Shown piece by piece: positions 23,083 through 34,068 of a DNA stretch of 64,000 nt. The first letter of the stretch is position 1, and every line of letters starts with the position of its first letter. Origin of the DNA: Basidiobolus meristosporus CBS 931.73 (Eukaryota > Fungi > Basidiobolomycota); contig MCFE01000198.1 of NCBI GenBank assembly GCA_002104905.1, forward strand, positions 70,308 through 134,307. Reading direction: 5' to 3'. The translations under genes were made by a program, and so were the position numbers. Under the pieces are notes generated by a model. That model was not told where the DNA came from, made no database searches, and was given only the letters and a program-made list of their open reading frames with translations.

Positions 23083-25101
23083 ATGCCGCCAAAAAATAAA
23101 GCAAAGTCATCTGGTTCTCCACCAAACCCCACTGCTGATGGCAATAGAAGAACAGTTGGACAACAGCTTGCTTTGACATTCAGTGCAACAAGCAGGGCTA
23201 CATTCAAAAAAGGCCCTGTGGATAGTGTGCCCATTGAAGGTAATAATGGGGACTCCTCAGGCTCTCATTCAAGTAGGCAATTGAGAACCTGCAGAGCTAC
23301 AAGCTGACCATTATGCTCAGGCAGATAAGAATGTAGCAAACTCAGTACCCTCAGTTGAAGATCAGAAAGTGGCCATGATAACATCACCACCACCCATATT
23401 AGCAAGTTTGTTGTCAGCTCATACCAAAGCATTAATGAAGCAATTAGGTGCAGTGGCTGATAGGATAGATGCAATGGCCCAGAGAAATCAGGATGTAGTC
23501 TGGAAACAGGATGAGCAGATAATATGTGTAGAGTAATCATTATCCCAGGTAGAGAAAGCAGTATCTTTGCTGCGAAGAAGGAACTCAAGTAGCTCAATGT
23601 CACAGCCAAGAATTGAGCCATTTCCCAATGTAACAGCAGAGGAACACTGTAGAGTCTTTGAAGAACAACAACAGTGCCCAAAGATAAAGCCCACAGAAAA
23701 CCTATCACAGCATGGGAGGGAGCCAATGTGGTGTTTATTCCAAAGCCTAAAAATCAAAAGACATTGAAGATCTGTGAAGCCACTGAGTGCAATAATGAAG
23801 AGTGGAATGATATATAAGAGGCCATCAGAAGTCTAGCATGCCATCACCTTAAGGCCAGCATACCATGGGACCATCAGGAACTCAAGGCCAAGCAGAATGC
23901 ACTTGACTTGTTCCATGAGCATTATGCTGGATTCAAACAGGCAAATGGATTTTTGGCCAGCATTGGTATGCTAAGAAAGTATCTTAAGAATGCAGAGACT
24001 ATCAAAGACAGAAGAACAAGGGTGCCATGGCTAAAAAGCAGCGGCTTCCTCAAGAGCCTGCTACAAGCAGGGCCAAAGGCTCTAGACAAGCGTCAAAGAG
24101 ACATCAGGCAGCTGGAAGAGTGCCAGTTAAGGACAAGCAGGCAGACATAGATGCACCAGCATAACATGTATCAAGGAAAAAGAGTAGTATCACTCAAGAA
24201 GCACCCAGTCAAAGTAGCAGTGAAGGACCTGGCAGTGATAAAAACCAGCTGCTTTTACAGGAGCCTGTCACAACTATGGTTGAGAGCTCAAAACAAGCTG
24301 AAAAGAAAGGTCAGGTTGCCAGAAGAGTGCCAGCAAGGGACAAGCAGGCCAAAACAGATGCGTCAGAACATAATTTATCAAGGAGAGAACACAGTTCATT
24401 ACAAGAAGGACTCAGACAAAGTAGCAGTGAAAGACCTGGCAGTGATAAAGGAAAAGGTAAAAGGAAAAATGTCTACCCAAGCCTGAGACAGGGAGGCATG
24501 TAAAAAAAACTGCAGTTCTTGCCAATCAACGCCACAAGCCAGGAACAGACTGAATCCCATCATAGCCAAAAAGAATTACCAACAAGAGAATGCTGTTTTC
24601 ACCAGAGTTGGAAGCACAGCCATTTGAGCTACACTCCAGCAAGGTTGACAAGTTTGCTGAAAAAGGCAATTTATCTACTACAGCCTCCACAGCCTCCATT
24701 GTTGACAGAGTGGAGATCCCACTGACAGACAAGGCTACAATGTCAAGAGCTCAAAAGACTATCACAATGCCTTCAGCAATGTTTTGGAACATTAATAGGC
24801 ACACCAAGAGGTTGCAGCACTTCTTCAAGAGCAGTGCACAAGAAAATGCACTGGAATATTGCAAGATTTACTGCAAAGACTGGCAGATGAGGAGCTAGAC
24901 CTTGCAGTGCTGGCTGAAGACCAGGACATGTGGGAACCAGTGAAGGAACAGTGGCACAAAGCTGTTGGGTTCCCACCAAAGTTGCAGAACCAGAGCATTA
25001 CTGCAGAAATACTTATTGAGCGGTGGATTTCAATTGAGTTACTGTTGCGTGGGAAGTTGGGCTTTATGTTAGTGTTGGGTAAAGAGACTTGTACAAGTTG
25101 A
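23083..25101 (+). pseudogene. CACTA accessory ORF (ORF2) of unknown function, degenerate
   Basis: Starts MPPKNKAKSSGSPPNP. Homologous fragments recur in copies 2, 3, 5 and 6 (EWANIQEAVRSLACHHL..PWDHQ; SIGMLRKYLKNSRDY; FWNINRHTKRL). Contains a ~200-bp internal tandem duplication near 24040-24460. Confidence 0.65.
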
Positions 25102-25252
25102 TACAATAGGTAATTGAGGTACAACTGAAGTTTCAACAGAAATAAATCAATTTGTATGCATTAAAAGTAAGAGAAACAGTTGAGTCAGGAAGTAAGGAGT
25201 GTGAAAAAGAGGCAATAGCCAGTCAATTCACACAATTGTAGGAGGTGATAGA

Positions 25253-25986
25253 AGAGTTATTCTGTTGGATAGTGCCATATTGAGCCATGAGTACCAAATG
25301 ATGCCATAGTGTGCCAGAGAGGCCAATTGAGCCTCTACCTGGCCACAGAGTGTGAAACATAGCTCCGCATCTTCATGCAAAGCAGCCCCTTTGTTTCACC
25401 CATTGTGTTGGAGAAAATCCATTTTTTGACCTTTTTTTTTAGATCAATGTTGCGCAGGATGTGTTAGAGCACAAGCAGATTGAAGATACGCATCTGGTAC
25501 TCAATACCCAGGGCACTCTGAATCTAGCTCCTGTAGCTTGTATCATGTCACAAAAATGAATGGCACTATCTTGGTCCACTGGTACTATCTGGCACTATAT
25601 TTAAATATTAGCCCTAAAGTAAGATCTATACAAAGCACTTATAGTGCCAGATAGTACCAGTAGACCAAGATAGTGCCATTCATTTTTGTGACATGATACA
25701 AGCTACAGGAGCTAGATTCAGAGTGCCATGGGTATTGAGTACCAGATGCATATCTTCAGTTCTCCTGTGCTCTTACACATCCTGAGTTACATTGATCCAC
25801 AAAAAAAGGTCAAAAAATGGATTTTCTCTTGTGCAATGGGTGAAACACAGGGGCTGCTTTACATGTAGATGCAGAGCTATGTTTCACACTCTGTGGCCAA
25901 GTATAGGCTCACTTGACCTCTCCGGCACACTATGGCATCATTTGGCACTCATGGCTCAATGTTGCACTATCCAACAGAACAGGTCT
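25253..25986. mobile_element. Fold-back PHIS-family MITE (347-bp inverted arms, 40-bp spacer) nested in CACTA copy 1
   Basis: Arms 25253-25599 and 25640-25986 are imperfect reverse complements. TSD AGA at 25250-25252 and 25987-25989. The corresponding site in copy 2 (~33345) is empty. Confidence 0.9.
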
Positions 25987-26590
25987 AGAGTGTCCAGGAT
26001 CAGAAAGTGAGCAAATTGGCAGGGAACCAATCAAAAGCCACTTATACATTGTTGTGATGAAAAATTTTGACAAAGTTTTTTGTGAAATCTGAGGTGCAAT
26101 TATTTTTCAATGGTATCTGGACAGTGTCCTGACAAGATCAGTACCTCTTAGTCATGGGACATTAACTTTGTGGCAGCCTTTTGATGGGATCATCTCAATA
26201 ATTTTTCATAGGGCAAATATAAGTTTCTTATACATCAAATGGATGTAAAAGCTGCATTTTTGAATAGAGAACTTGATGAGGATGTCTATATGGACAAGTC
26301 AGATGGGTTTGTTGACCAAGATAGCCCCTATTTGGTCTGCAAGCTAAAAATGTCCCTGTAAGGACTTGAGCAATGACCAAGAGCCTGGAATTACAAAATA
26401 GTTTCTGATTTGGAATCTTTGAGTTTCAACAGGAGTAATGCTGACTATAATATATACTATAAGCCAGATAGAGCAAGTCCAGTTCTATTAGCTCTATATG
26501 TGGATGATCTTATTGTAGCCAACAATAGCCCAGAAACATTGGAAGAGACTAAATCCAGCCTATCTAAAGAGCTCAAGATGTCCAATCTAG

Positions 26591-27092
26591 TGTTATGAAT
26601 AGACACAAGGCAGGAGGAAAAGCTAGGCATGGCAGGAAAGGACTTAGGTGTGGACCATCAACAAGGCTGTTTATTCAAGACCTGGGTTTATCAGACTGAG
26701 GAATACTTAAGGGGGGATAGGACTATATATACTTTTTGGCTATTCTGATGCCAAGGAGTATTAGCTAATACTAATGGGGTTATGGGGTGAGGCACAGCAG
26801 CAGTGCTGGGGATAATAATATAGAAGGCAAGGCACTGAAACAGGATGGGGAAATGGATAGGGACACCTTATCATGTGACTAAGTCATGTGACCTGGTATT
26901 TGCATATATGGTACTGGACTATGAAAAATACGGTGGGAAGCTTCCATGGAATGTTCCATTGTGTAACAATGGTTTGGAATGGTCAGGAACTTTCTGGAAG
27001 GTGGTAGAAGGTTCCAGAAGGAATCTCTTAGAAATTGAGCTAGGAAGCTGAAACTTGGCATGGGTGTTCATGGTTGTCATGTGATCATAACA
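26591..27092 (+). mobile_element. 502-bp solo LTR in copia A RT
   Basis: TGTTATGA..TCATAACA; flanks TCTAG/TCCAG are a near-TSD. Reverse-complement copy at 63521-64000. Confidence 0.8.
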
Positions 27093-27098
27093 TCCAGT

Positions 27099-30000
27099 TC
27101 CTATGAGAAATAACTTGGTACTGCTGGTGGATCCAATCCAGATCTGCAGTCTGGATCCCATTTAGAGACTGTCATAATACCAGCAGCTTGTAATTAGTGA
27201 CCCTCTCAATGATCTTATTACAGGATTGCAATGGCATTTTGCTAATTTTACTACCAAATAAAGGGATAAAACTTGACAACATTTGATAGGTGCGGTGACA
27301 ATAATTGCATTGTATTGTTGCAGTCTTATTGCACTCTGCAACTATTTTAAATGGATACAACTGGCCGCAACATTCAATTGCCTTATATGGCAAGAAGCTT
27401 GACAATATTTTGACAGCCTCACAGCAAGACTCTGATGGCATTATATTGGCAGTATGATGGCCTACAGCTGGATCTTTGTAATGCTACTGCACCAATTTAC
27501 CAAATGGCATCCTTCTTCTACCTCCACTTGCAAAATTCATATCTTCCACTGTAGAATCACCCTTCTTTGTTTGCTTACCCACTACCACCCTGGGCATTCC
27601 ACATATAGTTTAATCAGAAAAACCTATGGCCTCCTGCTTACTAGCCTCTAAAGACATGCACATCTGCCACAATTGACATACTTCTATCACCTCAATTTTA
27701 CAGCTTTTTAGTGAGATGCTTGCAAAGCTGCCATTTTTCTTGTATTGATGGTTACATAAACATCTTGCCAACATATGCTTGGTTGCTGCTACTTCTGCCA
27801 TGAATACCTCCTGAATATCTGCAAGGACTATTTGGTATTTAGCCAAAATATTCCTTCCCTTGCTGGATTCTAGTCCCCCTTATAGGTGTATTCTGGCTCT
27901 TGTTTGTATAGGTTCCATACTGGATGGTGTAGAAGTTGGCTTGTGACCAAGAGAAGTCAAGCATACCTTGGTAGAGTTATCCCAATAAAAGTTAGTTGCT
28001 TGTTGCACCCAACCCAACTTTGCATAACTTAACTAATTACTCACATATTGGGGCTTCTTAGCTTCTTAATGCCATAGGCATAGGTGTCTCCATGTGCACA
28101 TTTGTCCTCAGTATGTTCCAACTCCTCATGGCTGTCCTCCATGTGCCAACATATCACATCCATGATGGACTTGAAGATAATATTCTTGATGAGAATGGGA
28201 TATGAGAGTACCTGCAACTTGACTTGTTTTCCCAACTCCCCACACATCCACTCCATAGGAAGTTCCCAAAAGGCAAAGCAAGGTCCAATAGTCTCAACAC
28301 ACCAAGCAAGATGGAGTAGCATACAGATACAGTAGCAGCAGAGATCTACATGTACAGCTTTATGTTTGTAGTATAGTCTCTCAAATCCTGTCACAAACTC
28401 TTTGCACAAAAGCTGTAGATGCATCAAGTTTGCATTTGTGATTTGCTTCTGGATAAATATTTCTACAATGTCCACACATGACTCCCAATGCTTCCAATGT
28501 ACAACTTGAATAAATATATATCCAGTTCATCCAGTCCTAGCGCTTGTATTGTTGCATATGTGTATAAAAGCTAATTGGAGCCTGTGGGAATTACTTAGAG
28601 TAGCAGATACTCTGTAATATCTTGCTACTTTTTTCAAATTTCTCTGGTATCTCAAAGGGCTCATTTAGCTTGAAATGCCCCATGTACAACTGGGTCATCA
28701 GTATAGGAATATTGCTGATAAGCAAATGCATTGCTCCCAGTGGAAAGCTTTTGCGCCAACAGATACCCCCTATCTTAAGTATCCCTGGTTTCCATTTGAT
28801 TCCATATTCTGGCCAATGGCTTATAGCTTGCCAACTTTGCTGCAATTGCATGCTGACTTCTGTACATTCCCTCTGTGGAAAGATGATGTTCTCAGTGCTG
28901 GTGTTTGGATAATAATAATGTGTGTGAGCAATCAAGTAAATCCCCTAGATCTTTCACATTTGGCAGCAATACCATCCTTTGTGCCTGGAAAAACCTGCTA
29001 TCTTGCTGATGGCTGGGGTATCTCCAATGCAGATAATAATATGCACTTTTGCATAATGGTCATTTACTGTTATCCCAATGGAAAGCATATAATATTCATC
29101 CAGCAATGGATACAGGTAGTTATCCAGGCTGGATGGTGATTTATGCCCAGATACCAGTGAGACTACCATCAGATTATTGCTCTGATACCATAAGATGGGC
29201 AGCAGATTCAGAATAATGAGAATCAGTGGCCAGCAGGACTTGCTGGTAGAGTACTTGATTAATGAAAATCCATCAAGTGCAAAGGTAAAGGCATGGTCAT
29301 ACATATCTTCATTGTAGCCCTTGCTTCTTAGCTGTTTGTAATGTTGCCCTTTGAATATATTGAATATGTTTGCGCTTGATTGATACTAAGTGCAGTAATG
29401 TATAGCTTTGCAATATTAGTTAGACTGCATCAGCTTCCTCAGACAGGGTATTACTGGACTGTATCCAGAGTGTGAACAATGTCTTCCCTCAATGGTAGTG
29501 GATATCTGACAATTTGCACATGTTGCAATGGTAGCATTCTTGGATGTCAATGCCATGCAGCTATTAATACATGCTGGAATCAGGACAGACTCTGGATCAT
29601 ATGCTGCCAGCTACATGATGGTTGTCCACTTGTACCATGTACATGGAAAGTTGCATGCTGGAATGATTTTGGCAAGAAGTAGTAATAAATCCACAAAGCC
29701 CCCATTACTGATATTAGTGGAAACATGCCACTTCTTTAGCCACAACATTACATCATTCACTAGTAGATGGATTACTGGGCTCACTTGGCGCCATAAAGTA
29801 TCCTTGGCATTTGTTTCAATGGGTGTTGTCTCTTTGCACATTGGGATTTGACTGGGCTCATACATGGTACTGTTGTTAGAGGAGATAGGTGCACAATCCA
29901 TCTGTGAACCTTCTTTGTCAGAGCTATGACTCTGCATGCCATACTTGGAAGGCTGAGGTGAGCCTAAAGGCATCACAAACTCACCTGACTCAGTTTGCAC

Positions 30001-33000
30001 AAGGTGACAAAGATGGCCAGGTGCCAATATAGAAGTATCAACTGGCTGGCAAGAGAATGTTGGTACTGTAGTGACCAATCAATGGTCAAATATGACTTGT
30101 GTGGCAAAATGCTGGCTGTGATCCTTGTAATACTTCCTATGCTGTCTGCATGCTTTGTGGCTGAGAGGCTTGCCACAATAGCCACATGGCCTTTTTTCTC
30201 TTCTCTAATGGCATTGAGTCAAAGTAGTTTTGTCCATGGAGCAAATGGTTTGACCTTCAACAATGTGATGCTATTATATCACTTTTTGGTCAATACTCAT
30301 GTTAATTTAAGACAGTCTTGTATTTGAGATATTAGACTTGTTCCATTGGATTATGGCACATAGAGCCGTGAGTGCCAAATGATGCCATAGTATGCCAGGG
30401 AGGCCAGGTAAGCCTATACTTGGCCACAGAGTGTAGGCATAGCTCTTCACCTTCATGGAAAGCAGCCCCTTTGTTTCACCCAGCATGTTGGAGAAAATCC
30501 ATTTTTTGACCTTTTTTTGGGATCAATGTTGTGCAGGATGTGTAAGAGCACAGAAGGACTGAAGAAATGCATCTGGTACTCAATACATATGGCACTCTGA
30601 ATCTAGCTCCTGTGGGTTGTATCATGTTACAAAAATGCATTGCACTATCTTGGTCCACTGGTACTATCTGGTGCTATAAGTACTTTGTATAGATCTTACT
30701 TAGTGCTAATATTTAAATATAGTGCCAGATAGTACCAGTGGACCAAGATAGTGCCATGCATTTTTGTGAAATGATACAACCTACAGGAGCTAGATTCAGA
30801 GTGCCATGGGTGTTGGGTACCAGGTGCATGTCTTCAATCCTTTTGTGTGCTCACTCACCATGCACAACACTGATCCAAAAAAAAGGTTTAAAAAGAATTT
30901 TGTCCAGTACAATGAGTGAAACACAGGGCTGCTTTGCATGACAATGCAGAGCTATGTTTCAGACTCTGTGACCAAGCATAGGCTCACTTGGCCTCCCTGG
31001 CATAATATGGCATCATTTGGCACTCATGTCTCAATGTGGCACTATCCAAAGGAACAAGTCTATTGCACCTACATGAATGTTAGATTCAATGATGACCTGC
31101 CATAATAAGCATTACAAATAAAGTTGTGGCACCATACACACAAGCATATGTAACACTATTTCCCCTTTGGTTTTACTCACTTCCATGTCTATGCTGCCAA
31201 AAAATAAAGCAACGCCATCTGGTTCCCAACCAAACCCCACTGCTGAAAGCAGCAGAAGAATGGTTGGACAACAGCTTGCTTTACATTCAGTGCAGAAGCA
31301 GGGCTACATCCCAAAAAGGCCATGTTCAAAGTGCGCCTACTGAACATAATAATGCGGACTCCTCAGGCTCTCAGTCAAGTAGGCAATTGAGAATCTCTAC
31401 AGTGCCACAAGCTGACTGTTATGCTCAGGCAGATGAAAATGTAGCAAATGCAGTACCCTTGGTTAATAACCAACAAGTAGTCATCATAACATCACCACCA
31501 CCCATATTATCAAGTTTATTGTCAGCTCATACTAAAGCATTAATGAAGCAATTAGGTGCAGTGGCTGATAGGATAGTTGCAATGGCCCAGAGAAATCAGA
31601 AAATAGTTCAGATACAGGATGAGCAGATAATATGTGTAGAGCAATCAATATCCCAGGTGGAGAAACCAGTATCTTTGCTGCAAAGCAGGAACTCAAGTAG
31701 CTCAATGCCACAGCCAGGAGTTGAGCCATTTCCCAATGTAACAGCAGAGGAACACCATACAGTTTTTGAAGCATAACAACAGTGACCAAAGATAAAGCCC
31801 ACAGAAAGCCTATCACAGTATGGGAGGGAGACAATGTGGTGTTTATACCAAAGCCTAAAAATTAACAGACATTGAAGATCTGTGAAGCTGTTGAGTGCAA
31901 TAATGAAGAGTGGGCTAATATACAAGAGGCTGTCAGAAGTCTAGCATGCCATCACCTTAAGGCTGGCATACCATGGGACCATCAGGAACTCAAGGCCAAG
32001 CAGAATACACTTGACTTGTTCCATGAGCATTATGCTGGATTCAAACAGGCAAATGGATTTTTAGCCAGCATTGGTATGCTAAGAAAGTATCTTAAGAATA
32101 GCAGAGACTATCAAAGACAGAAGAACAAGGGTGCCATGGCTAAAAACCAGCAGCTTCCTCAAGAGCCTGTTACAAGCAGGGCCAAAGCTCCAGACAAGCA
32201 TCAAAGAGACATCAGGTAGCTGGAAGAGTGCCAATTAGGGACAAGCAGGCAGATACAGATGCACCAGCACACCATTTATTAAGGATAAAGTGTAGTACCA
32301 CTCAAGAAGCACCCAGTCAAAGTAGCAGTGAAGGACCTGGCAGTGATAAAAACTAGCCACTTTTACAGGAGCCTGTTGCAACTATGGTTAAGAGCTCAAA
32401 ACTAGCGGAAAAGAAATGTCAGGTTGCCAGAAGAGTGCCAGCAAGGGGCAAGCAGGCCAAAGCAGATGCATCAGAGCAGAATTTATCAAGGAGAAAGCAC
32501 AGTTCATTACAAAAAGCACTCAGATAAAGTAGCAGTGAAAGACCTGGCGGTGATAAAGGAAAAGGTAAACGGAAAAATGTCTACTCAAGCCTGAGACAGG
32601 GAAGCATGCAAAAGAAACTGCAGTTCTTGCTAATTAATGCCGCAAGCCTGGAACAGATTGAATCCCACCATAGCTAAGAAGAATTACCAACAAGAAAACA
32701 GCTGTTTTCACAAGAGTTGAAAGCACCACCAGTTGAGCTACAGTCCAGCAAGGTAGAACAGTTTGCAGAAAAAGGCAACTTGCCTGCCATAGCCTCCACA
32801 TTCTCCATTGTTGACAGAGTGGAGACCCCACTGACAGACAAGCTTACAATGCCAAGAGCTTGAGAGACTATCACAATGCCTTCAGTGGAATTTTAGAACA
32901 TTAATAGGCACACCAAGAGGTTGCAGCACTTCTTCTACAGCAGTGCTCAAGAAAACTCACTTGAAAATTGCAAGGATTTGTTGCAAAGACCGGCAGATAT

Positions 33001-33571
33001 GGTGCTAGACCTTGCAGTGCTGGCTGAAGACTGGGATGTCTGGGAACCAGTGAATGAACAGTGGTTCCTGTCAAAGTTGTGTAACCGGAGTGTTACAGCA
33101 GAAATACTAATTGAGTGGTAGATTTTAATGGAGTTACTTGTTGAGTGTGGAGTTAGGTTTAATGTTAGTGTAGGGAATAGGTACATGTATACATCAATAT
33201 AATTGGCAATTGAGATACAACCAAAGTTTCAATGAAAATAAATCAATTTGTATGCATGGAAGGTAAGAGAAATAGCTGAGTCAGGCAGTAAGGAGTGTGA
33301 AAAAGAGGCAATAGCCAATCAATGCACACAATTGTAGGAGGTGATAGAGTGTTTGGGATTGGAAAGTAAGCAAATTGGCAGGGAACCAATCAAAAGCCAC
33401 TTAAGCATTATTGTGATGAAAAATTTTGACCAAGTTTTTGTGAAATCTGGGGTGCAATTATTTTTCAATGGTCTCTGGATAGTGTCCTGACAGGATCAGT
33501 ACCTCTTAGTCACAGGACTTTAGCTTTGTGATGGCCTTTTGACAGAATCATTACAATAATTTTTCATAGGG
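27099..33571. mobile_element. CACTA-like copy 2, both ends present
   Basis: Left end TCCTATGAGAAATAA, right end TTTTTCATAGGG followed by CTAG GAGAAC of copia RT. Colinear with copy 1 (transposase on minus, ORF2 on plus). Confidence 0.85.
30334..31061. mobile_element. Second fold-back PHIS-family MITE, in the central spacer of CACTA copy 2
   Basis: AGACTTGTTCC..GGAACAAGTCT; TSD ATT at 30331-30333 and 31062-31064. Arms 30334-30678 and 30718-31061; the spacer is the reverse complement of that in the 25253 copy. Confidence 0.9.
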
Positions 33572-34068
33572 CTAGGAGAACTCAGTTAATACTTAGGCAT
33601 AAAGTTCACCATAGACAAGAGTACCCAGACTGTCACCTTAAGCCAATCCAAGTATATTCAAGATATACTAAAGAGGTACAAAATGGAAGACTGTAAACCA
33701 GCAGCTACCCCAATGGAGACAAAACTTAACTTGGTCAAACCCAACTAAATCAAGAGAGCTTGGTGCCATCTGAAAACCCTGAGTTTCCTTATCAGTCTAT
33801 AGTTAGCAGTCTGATGTATATTGTGCTTGGAAAATGTCCAGATATCTCAAATGCAGTGGGAGTTGTCAGCTAGGATAATCAGAACTATGGATTCAATCAT
33901 GTTGCAGCAGTTAAGCAGATTATTGAACACCTGAAAGGAACTGCTGATATCTGATTAACATACACCCACAAGGATTAAGATCACATTCTTGTGGGACATT
34001 CTGAAGCTGATTGAGAACAAAAATTTAGATAACAGTAGGTTCACCACAGGATTCAACTTTCTCTATTA

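Larger units (their letters stand above)
19695..26213. mobile_element. CACTA/En-Spm-like DNA transposon copy 1, both ends present, inserted in copia A RT
   Basis: TIR CCCTATGAAAAATAATT / AATAATTTTTCATAGGG. CAAA is duplicated on both sides, and removal restores GCAGCCAAATATAAG of RT. Carries a Tnp2-type transposase (-) and a divergent accessory ORF (+). Confidence 0.88.
10548..34068 (+). mobile_element. Ty1/copia element A (family 1), degenerate and split by at least five nested insertions; 3' end not found
   Basis: 5' LTR 10548-10879 (TGTTGTAA..TTACAATA) and PBS. gag starts at ~10893 (EKLDGSNCQVWK) and resumes at 16969. Protease WYIDSAAS, GAG-pre-integrase WHRRFGH..CEAC, integrase, then RT (GCRWVFKTK, RLVAKGY) in pieces 19440-19694, 26214-26590 and 33572-34068. 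Confidence 0.85.

Noticed and set aside
25792-30941. Small ORFs within the fold-back elements (25792-26010, 30476-30658, 30738-30941)
   Set aside because: Mirror-image ORFs produced by the palindrome; no coding signature.
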